Shown: positions 13,312 through 22,920 of the stretch, in pieces
Layout of the letters: the number at the start of each line of letters is the position of its first letter
Position numbering within the stretch: the stretch's first letter is position 1
DNA from: Actinomycetota bacterium
GTDB taxonomy: Bacteria > Actinomycetota > Acidimicrobiia > Acidimicrobiales > JAJPHD01
Direction: 5' to 3'
DNA: 64,000 nucleotides
Assembly: GCA_021325455.1 (NCBI GenBank)
Contig: JAJPHD010000018.1
Location: forward strand, 103,838 to 167,837
The notes under the pieces: model-generated
What the model was told of the DNA's origin: nothing
Database searches by the model: none
What the model saw: the letters and a program-made list of their open reading frames with translations, nothing else
Position numbers and translations under genes: made by a program

Positions 13312-14738
13312 CCCTGCCCACTGCGCTGGACCTGGCGCAGGCCGTCCGCACCGGGGAGCGGTCGGCGGTGGAGGTGGTGGAGGAGCACCTGGCCCGGGTG
13401 GAGGAGGCAGAGCCCGAGGTCCACGCCTTCAACCTGGTGGCCGGCGAGGAGGCCCGCGCCGCCGCCGCCCAAGTGGACGCCCGGGTGGCCCGAGGCGAGG
13501 ACCCCGGCCCGCTGGCGGGTGTGCCACTGGCTCTCAAGGACAACCTGTGCACCAGGGGCCTGCCCACCACCTGCTCCTCCCGCATCCTCGCTGGCTGGGT
13601 CCCCCCCTATGACGCCACGGCTGTGAGCCGGGCCGTGCGCAGCGGTGCCGTGGTCATAGGCAAGACCAACCTCGACGAGTTCGCCATGGGCTCTTCGACC
13701 GAGAACTCTGCCTTCGGGCCCACGAGGAACCCCCTGGACCCCATCCGGGTCCCGGGGGGCTCCAGCGGGGGCAGTGCCGCCGCCGTGGCGGCGGGCTTCG
13801 CCCCCTTGGCCCTGGGCTCGGACACGGGCGGGTCCATACGCCAGCCGGCCGCCCTGTGCGGGGTGGTCGGGCTGAAGCCCACCTACGGGGTGGTCTCCCG
13901 CTACGGGCTGGTGGCCTTCGCCAGCTCCCTGGACCAGGTCGGGCCTCTGGCCAGGACGGTGGGCGACGCCGTGGCGCTCCTCGAGGCGATAGCGGGCCAC
14001 GACCCCGCCGACTCCACCAGCCTGGATCGCCCGGCACCCGCCCTGTCCGGTTGCCTGGCCCAAGGGGTCGAGGGCCTGCGCATCGGGGTCATCCAGGAGC
14101 TGGCCGGCGTGGAGGGCATCGCCCCCGAGGTGGGCGCCCGCCTGCACGAGGCCGCCGACGCCCTGGCCGGAGCGGGGGCCAAGGTGGACGAGGTCTCGGT
14201 GCCGGCCACCATGTGGGGTCTGCCCGCCTACTACCTGCTCGCCCCGGCCGAGGCCTCCTCGAACCTGGCTCGTTACGACGGCGTGCGCTACGGCCTGCGC
14301 CTGGCCCGTCCCGACATCACCTCCATGTACGAGGCCACCCGCTCAGCGGGGTTCGGGCCCGAGGTGAAGCGGCGCATCATGCTCGGCACCTTCGCCTTGT
14401 CGGCCGGCTACTACGACGCCTACTACGGCCAGGCCCAGCGGGTGCGCACGCTCATCATCGAGTCCTTCGCCGCCGCCTACGAGCGCTTCGACGCCCTGCT
14501 GTCCCCCACCGCCCCCACCACCGCCTTCCCGCTGGGCTCCAGGACGGCCGACCCCCTCGCCATGTACCTGTCCGACGTGTGCACCGTGGCCTCCAGCCTG
14601 GCCGGCCACCCCGCACTGTCGGTCCCCTTCGGCACGGGGGAGGGGGGGCTGCCTGTGGGGATACAGGTGATGGCCCCGGCTCTCGGTGAGCCCGTGATGG
14701 TGCGGGTGGGCGCCGCCCTGGAGGACCTGGCCCCGTGA
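13308..14738 (+). CDS. gatA: Asp-tRNA(Asn)/Glu-tRNA(Gln) amidotransferase subunit A
   Basis: Amidase signature ([14 protein letters not shown]; KDN..T). GTGA overlaps link it to both gatC and gatB. Confidence 0.95.
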   Translation: MTLPTALDLAQAVRTGERSAVEVVEEHLARVEEAEPEVHAFNLVAGEEARAAAAQVDARVARGEDPGPLAGVPLALKDNLCTRGLPTTCSSRILAGWVPPYDATAVSRAVRSGAVVIGKTNLDEFAMGSSTENSAFGPTRNPLDPIRVPGGSSGGSAAAVAAGFAPLALGSDTGGSIRQPAALCGVVGLKPTYGVVSRYGLVAFASSLDQVGPLARTVGDAVALLEAIAGHDPADSTSLDRPAPALSGCLAQGVEGLRIGVIQELAGVEGIAPEVGARLHEAADALAGAGAKVDEVSVPATMWGLPAYYLLAPAEASSNLARYDGVRYGLRLARPDITSMYEATRSAGFGPEVKRRIMLGTFALSAGYYDAYYGQAQRVRTLIIESFAAAYERFDALLSPTAPTTAFPLGSRTADPLAMYLSDVCTVASSLAGHPALSVPFGTGEGGLPVGIQVMAPALGEPVMVRVGAALEDLAP

Positions 14739-16174
14739 CGACGTCCCCCGGCGGCTGGGAGACGGTGGTGGGCCTCGAGGTCCACTGCGAGCTGCGGACC
14801 GCCACCAAGCTCTTCTGCGGGTGCCGCAATGCTTTCGGTGAGGAGCCCAACACCAGCGTGTGCCCCGTGTGCCTTGGCCTACCCGGCTCGCTGCCGGTCC
14901 TCAACGCCCACGCGGTGGAGCTGGCGATGCGCATCGGGGCCGCCCTCCACTGTGAGGTCCGCCCCTCGATCTTCCACCGCAAGAACTATTTCTACCCCGA
15001 CATGCCCAAGGACTACCAGATCAGTCAGTACGACCAGCCCATCAACGTGGGCGGCTACCTGGAGCTGCCCGACGGCACCCGGGTCGGGATCGTCCGGGCC
15101 CACATGGAGGAGGACACCGGCAAGTCCACCCACGTGGGAGGGGGCGGGCGCATCCACGAGGCCTCGCACTCGCTGGTGGACTACAACCGGGCGGGGGTGC
15201 CCCTGGTGGAGATCGTGAGCGCTCCCGACATCCGCTCTGCCGACCAGGCCCGGGCCTACGTGAACGAGCTCAGGGGCATCCTGGTGGCCACGGGGGCCTC
15301 GGACGGCAAGATGGAGGAGGGGTCCCTGCGGGTGGATGCCAACGTCTCGGTCCGCCGGGCGGGCTCGGACGCCTACGGCACCAGGTGTGAGGTGAAGAAC
15401 CTGAACTCTCTGCGCTCCCTGGCCCGCGCCGTGGAGCACGAGGCCGCCCGGCAGGTGGCGCTGCTCGAGGCGGGCCAGGCCGTCGTGCAGGAGACCCGCC
15501 ACTGGGACGAGGGAGCGGGCCGGACCCAGGCCCTGCGCTCCAAAGAGGAGGCCTTCGACTACCGCTACTTCCCCGAGCCTGACCTGGTGCCTCTGGAGCC
15601 TGACGGGCCCTGGCGCGCCCGGGTGGCGGCCAGCCTGCCCCCCCTGCCGGCGGAGCGGCGGGCCAGGGTGGCTGCGTTGGCCCCGGGCGCCCCGCCCGAC
15701 CGGGTGGCAGCGGTGGTGGAGCTGGGCCTCGACGGGCTGGTGCTCGAGGCGGCGGCTGCCGGTGCCGACCCCGCTCTGGCCCTCAGCCGGGCCGCCAACG
15801 AGGTGGCCGCCCGTGCCCCGGCGGCCGGAGGCCTGGACCCGGGTGCCTTCGCCTCCCTCCTCCAGATGGAGTCACGGGGTGAGCTGACGCCCACCCAGGC
15901 CAAGGCCGTCCTCAGCCGGCTGCTCGATGGGCAAAGGGACCCCGCCGGGGTCGCCCGGGAGCTGGGCTTCGAGGCCCTGCCTGCCACGGACCTGGCCCAG
16001 GCTGTGGACGAGGCCATCGCCGCCCTCCCAAGGGAATGGGAGCGCTACCTGAGCGGGGAGGACAAGCTGGCCGGCGTCTTCGTGGGGGCGGTTATGAAGG
16101 CCACGCGGGGACGGGCCGACGGCAAGGCGGTGACGGGCCTGCTGCGGGAGCGGCGCCGGTCCCAGGCCGGTTAG
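14735..16174 (+). CDS. gatB: Asp-tRNA(Asn)/Glu-tRNA(Gln) amidotransferase subunit B
   Basis: GatB motifs: [57 protein letters not shown]. Confidence 0.95.
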   Translation: MTTSPGGWETVVGLEVHCELRTATKLFCGCRNAFGEEPNTSVCPVCLGLPGSLPVLNAHAVELAMRIGAALHCEVRPSIFHRKNYFYPDMPKDYQISQYDQPINVGGYLELPDGTRVGIVRAHMEEDTGKSTHVGGGGRIHEASHSLVDYNRAGVPLVEIVSAPDIRSADQARAYVNELRGILVATGASDGKMEEGSLRVDANVSVRRAGSDAYGTRCEVKNLNSLRSLARAVEHEAARQVALLEAGQAVVQETRHWDEGAGRTQALRSKEEAFDYRYFPEPDLVPLEPDGPWRARVAASLPPLPAERRARVAALAPGAPPDRVAAVVELGLDGLVLEAAAAGADPALALSRAANEVAARAPAAGGLDPGAFASLLQMESRGELTPTQAKAVLSRLLDGQRDPAGVARELGFEALPATDLAQAVDEAIAALPREWERYLSGEDKLAGVFVGAVMKATRGRADGKAVTGLLRERRRSQAG

Positions 16175-16178
16175 CCGG

Positions 16179-16505
16179 TCACCCCGGCTGGGAGGTGGCC
16201 GTCCCGGCGGCGCCAGAGCCGGGCTCCCCGGCGGCACTGGCGGGGTCCTCCTCGGCCGTGACGGGGCCGTGCTCGGCCTCGTGGCGGGAGAGCTGGGCCA
16301 CCAGTCGGTCTATGCGCTCCTTGGTCTCGGGGGTGGGCCCGCTCCGACGCTCGGCATAGACGGCCGCACCCAGGTCCCGCAGCCAGGCGTCCGCCCGGCG
16401 CTTGGCCTGCACCTCCTCCAGCTTGGCTTGGCCCGCCTTGCCCGCCTCCTGGGCTCGCTGGGCCACCTGGGCCGCCTGGGTCTTGACCTTGTCCATCAAT
16501 CCCAT
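16179..16505 (-). CDS. Small hypothetical protein, predicted helical/coiled-coil
   Basis: ATG 16505 is preceded by GGGAGGAAACCG. Balanced composition (MGLMDKVKTQAAQVAQRAQEAGKAGQAKLEEVQAKRR..). No family assigned. Confidence 0.55.
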   Translation of the reverse strand: MGLMDKVKTQAAQVAQRAQEAGKAGQAKLEEVQAKRRADAWLRDLGAAVYAERRSGPTPETKERIDRLVAQLSRHEAEHGPVTAEEDPASAAGEPGSGAAGTATSQPG

Positions 16506-16591
16506 CGGTTTCCTCCCTGGCTGGACGGTTGGGGCTCCCAGGATGCCACTCGGCGGCAGGTCCCGCCCGGCCTCCGATCACAGCCTGCCCG

Positions 16592-17224
16592 CTAACCCTG
16601 CCTGGCGCCGAAGCGCGCTCTTTCCCGGCGGCCGAACCCCAGGCGGGCCAGCTCGGCCTGGGCCAGGGTGGTGAAGCGGCCCTGGGCCACGTCCTCCCAG
16701 GGTTCGGGGCTTATCTCCTCCAGCTGGTGGTACGGGAGGTTGGTCAGGGCCCGGTTGGCGAGGTAGCGCTCCAGCAGCGGCCGGTTGGTGCCATGGCGAA
16801 GGGCGGCGCGCACTGCCCTGGCCTCGAAGAGGCGGCCCAGGCGGAAGGGGAGGTAGATACCGAACACCGGCGTGCCCGGGATGATCACCACGGCGATGGC
16901 GAGCAGGTAGCTCAGCTGGTCGATGCTGGTCGTGGCGGTGGAGGCGTTGTGGATGGCGGTATGCCCCGCCCTGGCCAGCTGCCCGGCCAGGCCCGCCACC
17001 GTGTGCCCGATGAACGGGACGCCAGACAGGGAGCGCAAGCCCCCGCCGGCCTGCTCCAGGGCTCTGCCCGCGTTGGAGACCGTGGTGGTGAGCCGTCCGA
17101 GGTGATGGACGTCGATACCGATGAGGATGCCGACAGCCACCCATCCGGCCACCCATATCGAGAGCACGATGTCGAGGACCAGGACTTGGCGCCGGCTGGC
17201 GTTGGCCACCATGGGCAGGGTCAT
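16592..17224 (-). CDS. Hypothetical membrane protein (two TM helices flanking an Ala/Gly-rich domain)
   Basis: ATG at 17224. TM1 is VLVLDIVLSIWVAGWVAVGILIGI and TM2 is LSYLLAIAVVIIPGTPVFGIYL. Divergent from htpX. Confidence 0.55.
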   Translation of the reverse strand: MTLPMVANASRRQVLVLDIVLSIWVAGWVAVGILIGIDVHHLGRLTTTVSNAGRALEQAGGGLRSLSGVPFIGHTVAGLAGQLARAGHTAIHNASTATTSIDQLSYLLAIAVVIIPGTPVFGIYLPFRLGRLFEARAVRAALRHGTNRPLLERYLANRALTNLPYHQLEEISPEPWEDVAQGRFTTLAQAELARLGFGRRERARFGARQG

Positions 17225-17347
17225 GGGGCCCTTCTTACCCGAGGCGGCACCCCATCAGCGGCCGGTCCCCCCGGTCCGGCGGCCGGCCGGAGCCCCTGGC
17301 CCGGGGCCGGCTGCCCGCCAGTAGGCCCGCCGGCGCTTCTACACTCA

Positions 17348-18265
17348 ATGGGCGTGGCAACCCATCGCTTTCCGGTCGACAGGGGGCTCACCGCCCGCAT
17401 GGGGTTCACCATGTTCCTGATCGGCCTCCTCTACGCCGTGTTCCTCGGTGTGCTCATCGGCATCGGCATCGATGCCGGCCTCATCGTGGCCATCGCCGTG
17501 GCCTTCGGGCTGTGCCAGTACTTCTTTGCCGACAAGATCGCCCTGTTCGCCATGCACGGCCGGGAGGTGAGCCGGGAGGAGGCTCCCACCCTCCACGGGG
17601 TGGTGGACCGGCTGTGCGCCTTGGCCAATATGAAGAAGCCCCGGGTGGCCATAGCCGACACGGACATACCCAACGCCTTCGCCACCGGGCGCAACCAGCG
17701 GGTGGCGGTGGTGTGCGCCACCACGGGGTTGCTGCGACGGCTCGACGAGCCCGAGCTGGAGGCCGTGCTGGCCCACGAGCTCTCTCACGTGGCGCACCGG
17801 GACGTGGCCGTCATGACCTTGGCCGGGTTCCTCGGAATGGCGGCTGGCCTGCTCACCAGGAGCTTCATGTACGCCGGCTTCTTCGGCGGGTTCGGGGATG
17901 ACAACAACGATGGTGGGGCCATCGGCTTCCTGGTCATCCTCGGGGTCTCGGTGGTGGTGTACGTGCTCAGCTTCATCCTGACCCGGGCCCTGTCCCGCTA
18001 CCGGGAGCTGTCCGCCGACAGGTCCGGCGCCATCCTGATCGGGCGGCCCTCGGTGCTGGCTTCGGCCCTGGTCAAGGTGTCGGGTGAGATGGGCCGGATC
18101 CCGACCAGGGACCTGCGCTCGGCCCAGGCCTTCAATGCCTTCTTCTTCGCCCCCGCCCTCACCAACGGGGCGAGCCTGGCCACGCTGTTCTCCACCCACC
18201 CGAGCCTCGAGCGCCGCCTGGAGCAGCTGGCCCGCCTGGAGAACGAGCTGGGGCGGGCCCGCTAG
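17348..18265 (+). CDS. htpX: M48-family zinc metalloprotease HtpX
   Basis: ORF 16529..18265 was trimmed to ATG 17348. HELSH zinc motif (LAHELSHVAHRD), four TM segments, C-terminal FSTHPSLERR. Confidence 0.9.
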   Translation: MGVATHRFPVDRGLTARMGFTMFLIGLLYAVFLGVLIGIGIDAGLIVAIAVAFGLCQYFFADKIALFAMHGREVSREEAPTLHGVVDRLCALANMKKPRVAIADTDIPNAFATGRNQRVAVVCATTGLLRRLDEPELEAVLAHELSHVAHRDVAVMTLAGFLGMAAGLLTRSFMYAGFFGGFGDDNNDGGAIGFLVILGVSVVVYVLSFILTRALSRYRELSADRSGAILIGRPSVLASALVKVSGEMGRIPTRDLRSAQAFNAFFFAPALTNGASLATLFSTHPSLERRLEQLARLENELGRAR

Positions 18266-18268
18266 CCC

Positions 18269-18871
18269 GTGAGGTTCCTCGACGCCATCCTGGGCCGGTC
18301 CCCGGAGGTCAGGCCCAACCTGGACGCCCTGTTCTCGCTGCCCTCCACGGCCGTGACGCTGCAAGCGTCGGCCGGGCTGGTGCCGACCGGCCAGGCCGGC
18401 GTGTGCTACAAGCCCGCCTCCGGCCAGGGCTTTGCCGCCACCAAGGAGGAGCTGGACGAGGTCCTGCAGGTGGATGCCGGCGAGCGGGGGGTCAGCATCC
18501 ACGAGGAGGGGGACTCCTTCGGCTACCAGTGGGTGGTCGTGGAGCACCCGCTGATCGAGGACCTGGTGAACCGGGTCCACATGGTCAACGCCACCCTCCA
18601 GGACCGGGGCTTCGGGCCCCAGCTGCTGTGCTCGGTGTTCGGCTTCCAGCCCGCCCCCGAGGGAGGCGGGGACCCGCCGCCTGGCCAGGCCGCCCGTGCC
18701 TATCTCGTCTACCTCTACAAGCAGGGCACCTTCTACCCCTTCGCCCCCCGTCCCGGTGAGCACCGGGACCAGGAGCTGGAGCTGATGCTCCGGGGGGTCC
18801 TGGAGAAGGAGCTGCCTGTGGAGCAGGACCTGTCCCGGTGGTTCCCCCTCTGGGGCCTGCCGCTGCGCTGA
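18269..18871 (+). CDS. PspA-associated protein PspAB-like (conserved actinobacterial htpX neighbour)
   Basis: GTG start 3 nt after the htpX stop. The sequence (LDAILGR..PNLDALFSLPS..; LVYLYKQGTFYPFAP; LSRWFPLWGLP) resembles, from memory, the PspAB family found beside htpX. Not verified by search. Confidence 0.6.
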   Translation: MRFLDAILGRSPEVRPNLDALFSLPSTAVTLQASAGLVPTGQAGVCYKPASGQGFAATKEELDEVLQVDAGERGVSIHEEGDSFGYQWVVVEHPLIEDLVNRVHMVNATLQDRGFGPQLLCSVFGFQPAPEGGGDPPPGQAARAYLVYLYKQGTFYPFAPRPGEHRDQELELMLRGVLEKELPVEQDLSRWFPLWGLPLR

Positions 18872-20998
18872 GTGGCTGACCCCCCTCCCGGGCCGGACCG
18901 GGCCCGGTTCCCCCGCCAGTACGCCAGGACCAGGCGCTTCAGCCTGGGGGTCCCGCACGAGCTGACCGTGTCAGCGGGTGGGGAAAGGGTACTGTTCCTG
19001 CGCTCTCGGGGAGGCACCGACCGGGCCAACTGCCTCTGGGCCACGGACCTGGCCCCCGAAGGGCCCCCGGAGCGGCTCGTGGCTGACCCCCTGGCCCTGC
19101 TGGGAGGAGCGGAGGAGGAGCTGCCCCCTGAGGAGCGCGCCCGCCGGGAACGGGTCAGGGAGCACTCGGGCGGGATCGTGGCCTACGGCACGGACCGGGA
19201 GGGCCGCCTGGCCGCCTTCGCCCTCTCGGGCCGCCTCTGGGTGGCCGACACGGCCGGGGGCGGGGTGCGGGAGCTGCCGGCGCCGGGGCCCGTGCTCGAT
19301 CCCCGTCCCGACCCCACCGGCTCCCGGGTGGCGTACGTGTCAGGTGGGGCGCTGCGGGTCATGGAGGTGGACGGCTCGGGAGACTGCCGCCTGGCCGGGC
19401 CGGAGGAGGGCGATGTCACCTGGGGCCTGGCGGAGTTCGTGGCTGCCGAGGAGATGGGACGTACCACCGGCTACTGGTGGGCCCCTGACGGTGAGCGCCT
19501 CCTGGTGGCCCGCGTGGACCAGGGGCCCGTGCCGCGCTGGTACGTGGCCGACCCCGCTGATCCTGGCCGTCCCTGCTCCCTCACCCGCTATCCGGCGGCG
19601 GGGACGCCGAACGCCGAGGTCACGCTGTGGCTTGTGGGCCTTGACGGGTCCCGGGTCCCCGTCACCTGGGACAGGGCCGGCTTCGAGTACGTGGTGACGG
19701 CCTCCTGGGCCCCTTGCGGCCTGGTCCTGTCGGTCCAGAGCCGGGACCAGCGCCGCATGCAGGTGCTGGCGGTGGACCCTTCGACCGGCGCCACGACCGT
19801 GCTGCTCGAGGACCACGACCCCGCCTGGCTGGACATCGTCCCGGGGGTCCCCGGGCTGACCTCCACAGGGGCGCTGGTGTGGGTGGCGCAGGCCGGCGGG
19901 ACGAGGAGCCTGGTCGTCGGGGGCGAGGTGGTGACCGGCCCGGGGCTGCAGGTCCGCTCGGTGCTGGACGTCGACGGTGAGGCGGTGCTCGTCTCGGCCT
20001 CCTCCGAGCCGACCGAGGTGGAGGTGTGGGCCTGGTCCCCGGAGGAGGGGCTTGGGCGTGTGTCCCCTCCCGGGGGGGTGCACACGGCCCGCCGGTCCGG
20101 TGGGACCACGGTGCTCGCCTCCCGCTCACTTGACCACCACGGCCTCGAGGTCGTGGTCATCCGGGGGGAGGCAGTGGTCACCGGCATCCGCTCGGAGGCA
20201 GAGACCCCGCTGGTGTCACCCCTGCCCCGCATGCTGCGCCTGGGCCGGCGGGAGCTGCGAGCCTCCCTCCTGCTCCCCTCCTGGCACCGGCCGGGCGAGG
20301 GCCCCCTCCCGGTCCTCCTGGACCCCTACGGGGGCCCGGGGGCCCAGCGGGTGCTGGCCAGCCGGGACGCCTACCTGGTGTCCCAATGGTTCGCCGAGCA
20401 GGGATTCGCCGTGCTGGTGGCCGACGGCAGGGGCACCCCGGGGCGGGGCCCCGCCTGGGAGCGGGCTGTGCGGGGTGACCTCGCCACTCCTGTCCTGGAG
20501 GACCAGGTGGAGGCCCTTCACCAGGCGGCCGCCTCCTGCCCCGACCTGGACCTGGGGCGGGTGGGGATCCGGGGATGGTCCTTCGGGGGCTACCTGGCCG
20601 CCCTGGCTGTGCTGCGCCGGCCCGACTGCTTCCACGCCGCGGTGGCCGGCGCTCCCTTCGTCGACCCCCGTCTGTACGACACCCATTACACCGAGCGCTA
20701 CCTCGGTCACCCCGACCAGGACCCCGGGGCCTACCAGAGCTGCTCTCTCATCGGCTACGCCGAGGGTCTGCGCCGGCCCCTCCTCATCATCCACGGCCTG
20801 TCCGACGACAACGTCGTCGTGGCCCACTCGCTGCGCCTCTCCTCGGCGCTGGTGGCCGCGGGCCGGCCCCACTGCTTCCTGCCCCTCCCCGGGGTCACCC
20901 ACATGACCCCCCAGGAGGAGGTGGCGGGGAACCTGCTCCTCATAGAGCTGGACTTCCTCAAGCGGGCCCTTTCCCGGCCCGGCCCGGCCGGGGCCTAG
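18872..20998 (+). CDS. S9-family serine peptidase (dipeptidyl aminopeptidase/prolyl oligopeptidase type)
   Basis: The start abuts the upstream stop. An N-terminal beta-propeller-like region precedes a C-terminal alpha/beta hydrolase with GWSFGGY nucleophile elbow, HGLSDDNV and GVTHM. Confidence 0.85.
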   Translation: MADPPPGPDRARFPRQYARTRRFSLGVPHELTVSAGGERVLFLRSRGGTDRANCLWATDLAPEGPPERLVADPLALLGGAEEELPPEERARRERVREHSGGIVAYGTDREGRLAAFALSGRLWVADTAGGGVRELPAPGPVLDPRPDPTGSRVAYVSGGALRVMEVDGSGDCRLAGPEEGDVTWGLAEFVAAEEMGRTTGYWWAPDGERLLVARVDQGPVPRWYVADPADPGRPCSLTRYPAAGTPNAEVTLWLVGLDGSRVPVTWDRAGFEYVVTASWAPCGLVLSVQSRDQRRMQVLAVDPSTGATTVLLEDHDPAWLDIVPGVPGLTSTGALVWVAQAGGTRSLVVGGEVVTGPGLQVRSVLDVDGEAVLVSASSEPTEVEVWAWSPEEGLGRVSPPGGVHTARRSGGTTVLASRSLDHHGLEVVVIRGEAVVTGIRSEAETPLVSPLPRMLRLGRRELRASLLLPSWHRPGEGPLPVLLDPYGGPGAQRVLASRDAYLVSQWFAEQGFAVLVADGRGTPGRGPAWERAVRGDLATPVLEDQVEALHQAAASCPDLDLGRVGIRGWSFGGYLAALAVLRRPDCFHAAVAGAPFVDPRLYDTHYTERYLGHPDQDPGAYQSCSLIGYAEGLRRPLLIIHGLSDDNVVVAHSLRLSSALVAAGRPHCFLPLPGVTHMTPQEEVAGNLLLIELDFLKRALSRPGPAGA

Positions 20999-21288
20999 CC
21001 GACCCGGAAGCCGCGCTCCCCCGAGGGCTGCTCGGTGTGCACCTCCACCCGGTCCACCCGGGCTCCCCTCGGCCCCCGCTGGCACCAGTCCACCATCCGG
21101 CCCACCGCCTCGGGGCTGCCCTCGAAGGATGCCTCCACCCGGCCGTCAGGCAGGTTGCGGACCCAGCCGGCCAGGCCCAGCTCCTGGGCTCGCCACTGGC
21201 AGGAAGCCCGGTACCCCACCCCCTGGACCCGCCCGCTTACCATGGCCCGTACCCGTACCAGCCCGCCCGATGGTTCCCCGGCAGCCAC
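20995..21288 (-). CDS. acyP: Acylphosphatase
   Basis: Signatures VSGRVQGVGYR and GWVRNLPDGRVE. The start is uncertain (GTG 21288 or ATG 21243). Its stop overlaps the S9 peptidase stop by 4 nt. Confidence 0.8.
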   Translation of the reverse strand: MAAGEPSGGLVRVRAMVSGRVQGVGYRASCQWRAQELGLAGWVRNLPDGRVEASFEGSPEAVGRMVDWCQRGPRGARVDRVEVHTEQPSGERGFRVG

Positions 21289-21360
21289 GCTCTTAGGTTG
21301 TACCCGACCCGGGACGGCTCCTGCTCGTGCGGCCCGGCGCCAGCGGGTAGACCGTTGCCG

Positions 21361-22776
21361 ATGTCCGCTCCCATCAGGCCCACCGTCACTACCACCGGCG
21401 GAGCGGGGCCGCTCGTGGCCCGCCTGCGGGATTCCTTCGAGGCCGGGAGGACCAGGCCGGCGTCCTGGCGTCGCCAGCAGCTGGAGGGCTTGAGGGCCCT
21501 TCTGAGGGAGGCCGAGCACGAGCTCGTGGAGGCCCTCCGGGCCGACCTGGGCAAGCCGGCCACAGAGGCGATGATGACCGACATCTCCTTCGTGCGGTCC
21601 GAGGCGGGAATGGCCCTGCGGGAGCTCGGGCGGTGGATGAGCCCTGAGCGGGTTCCCGTCCCCCTGGTCCAGAGGCCGGCACGGGCCCGGATCGCTCGCC
21701 AGCCCCTGGGCGTGGTGCTCGTGATAGCTCCCTGGAACTACCCGGTGAACCTGCTGCTGGCGCCGGTGGTGGGAGCCCTGGCTGCTGGCAACTGCGTGGT
21801 GGCCAAGCCCTCCGAGCTGGCCCCAGCCACCTCAGCCGCCCTTGCCCGGCTGCTTCCCCGCTACCTGGACCAGGAGGCGGTGGCGGTGGTGGAAGGTGGG
21901 CCGGAGGAGACCGGGGCCTTGCTGGCCCAGCGGTTCGATCACATCTTCTACACCGGCAACGCCCGGGTGGCGCGGGTGGTGATGGAGGCGGCGGCTCGCC
22001 ACCTCACCCCGGTCACCCTGGAGCTGGGGGGCAAGAGCCCGGCCCTGGTGGATGCCGGCGCTGACCTGGAGGTGGCGGCCCGGCGCATCGCCTGGGGCAA
22101 GCTCATGAACGCCGGCCAGACCTGCGTGGCCCCCGACTACGTCCTGGTCCACCGGGAGGCACGCGATCGCCTGGTGGGCGCCCTGGGCAGGGCCATCCAC
22201 CGCTTCTACGGGAAGGACCCGGCCCGGAGCCCCGACTACGCCCGGATCGTGAACGACCGGCACTGGGTGCGCCTCCGTCACCTGCTGGAGGCCACCGGGG
22301 CCCGGGTGGCCCTGGGGGGTGAAGGCGATCGCCCGTCCCGTTACCTGGCCCCTACCGTCCTCACCGACGTGGATCCCGATGACCCCGTGATGGAAGAGGA
22401 GATCTTCGGGCCCATCCTGCCCGTGCTGGACGTGGAGGACCTCGCCCAGGCGGCTTCGTTCGTGGCCAGCCGTCCGAGCCCCTTGGCGCTCTATGTGTTC
22501 TCGAGGTCGGATGCCGGAGTGGAGCAGGTGCTGCAGCGGACGTCCTCAGGCAGTGTGTGCATCAACGGGACGGTGCTGCAACTGGCCGTTCCGGGCCTGC
22601 CCTTCGGCGGGGTGGGAGAGAGCGGGACCGGCGCCTATCACGGCCGGAGCAGCTTCGAGACCTTCAGCCACCGCCGCTCGGTCCTGGCCAAGCCGGTGTG
22701 GCCCGATCCCCCCCTCGCCTACCCGCCCTACACCCGCCTGCGGAGCTGGATCCTGCGCCGGGCGCTGTCGCGCTGA
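21361..22776 (+). CDS. Aldehyde dehydrogenase (class-3-like, NAD(P)+)
   Basis: ORF 20575..22776 was trimmed to ATG 21361. Motifs APWNYP, ELGGKSP, catalytic Cys GQTCVAPDY, and EEIFGPILPV. Confidence 0.9.
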   Translation: MSAPIRPTVTTTGGAGPLVARLRDSFEAGRTRPASWRRQQLEGLRALLREAEHELVEALRADLGKPATEAMMTDISFVRSEAGMALRELGRWMSPERVPVPLVQRPARARIARQPLGVVLVIAPWNYPVNLLLAPVVGALAAGNCVVAKPSELAPATSAALARLLPRYLDQEAVAVVEGGPEETGALLAQRFDHIFYTGNARVARVVMEAAARHLTPVTLELGGKSPALVDAGADLEVAARRIAWGKLMNAGQTCVAPDYVLVHREARDRLVGALGRAIHRFYGKDPARSPDYARIVNDRHWVRLRHLLEATGARVALGGEGDRPSRYLAPTVLTDVDPDDPVMEEEIFGPILPVLDVEDLAQAASFVASRPSPLALYVFSRSDAGVEQVLQRTSSGSVCINGTVLQLAVPGLPFGGVGESGTGAYHGRSSFETFSHRRSVLAKPVWPDPPLAYPPYTRLRSWILRRALSR

Positions 22777-22920
22777 CGGCCCCGGCCGGCAGGCGCACCG
22801 TCGGGGCCGGAACGGCCCCTCCCGACCGACGTCCCCCCAGGACCGCCAGGCAGGCCGGTCTTCCCCACGGCCTCGCCCGGGCACCTTGGCCTAGGCTCGA
22901 TGGAGAGGGGAAGGAGAGCC

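Noticed and set aside
16529-17347. N-terminal extensions of htpX (ORF 16529-18265), and similarly of the aldehyde dehydrogenase (20575-21360), Lhr (24423-24551) and MazG (1529-1705)
   Set aside because: The extensions are Pro/Arg/Gly-rich and overlap well-supported genes on the other strand or upstream. Homology begins at internal ATG/GTG codons.
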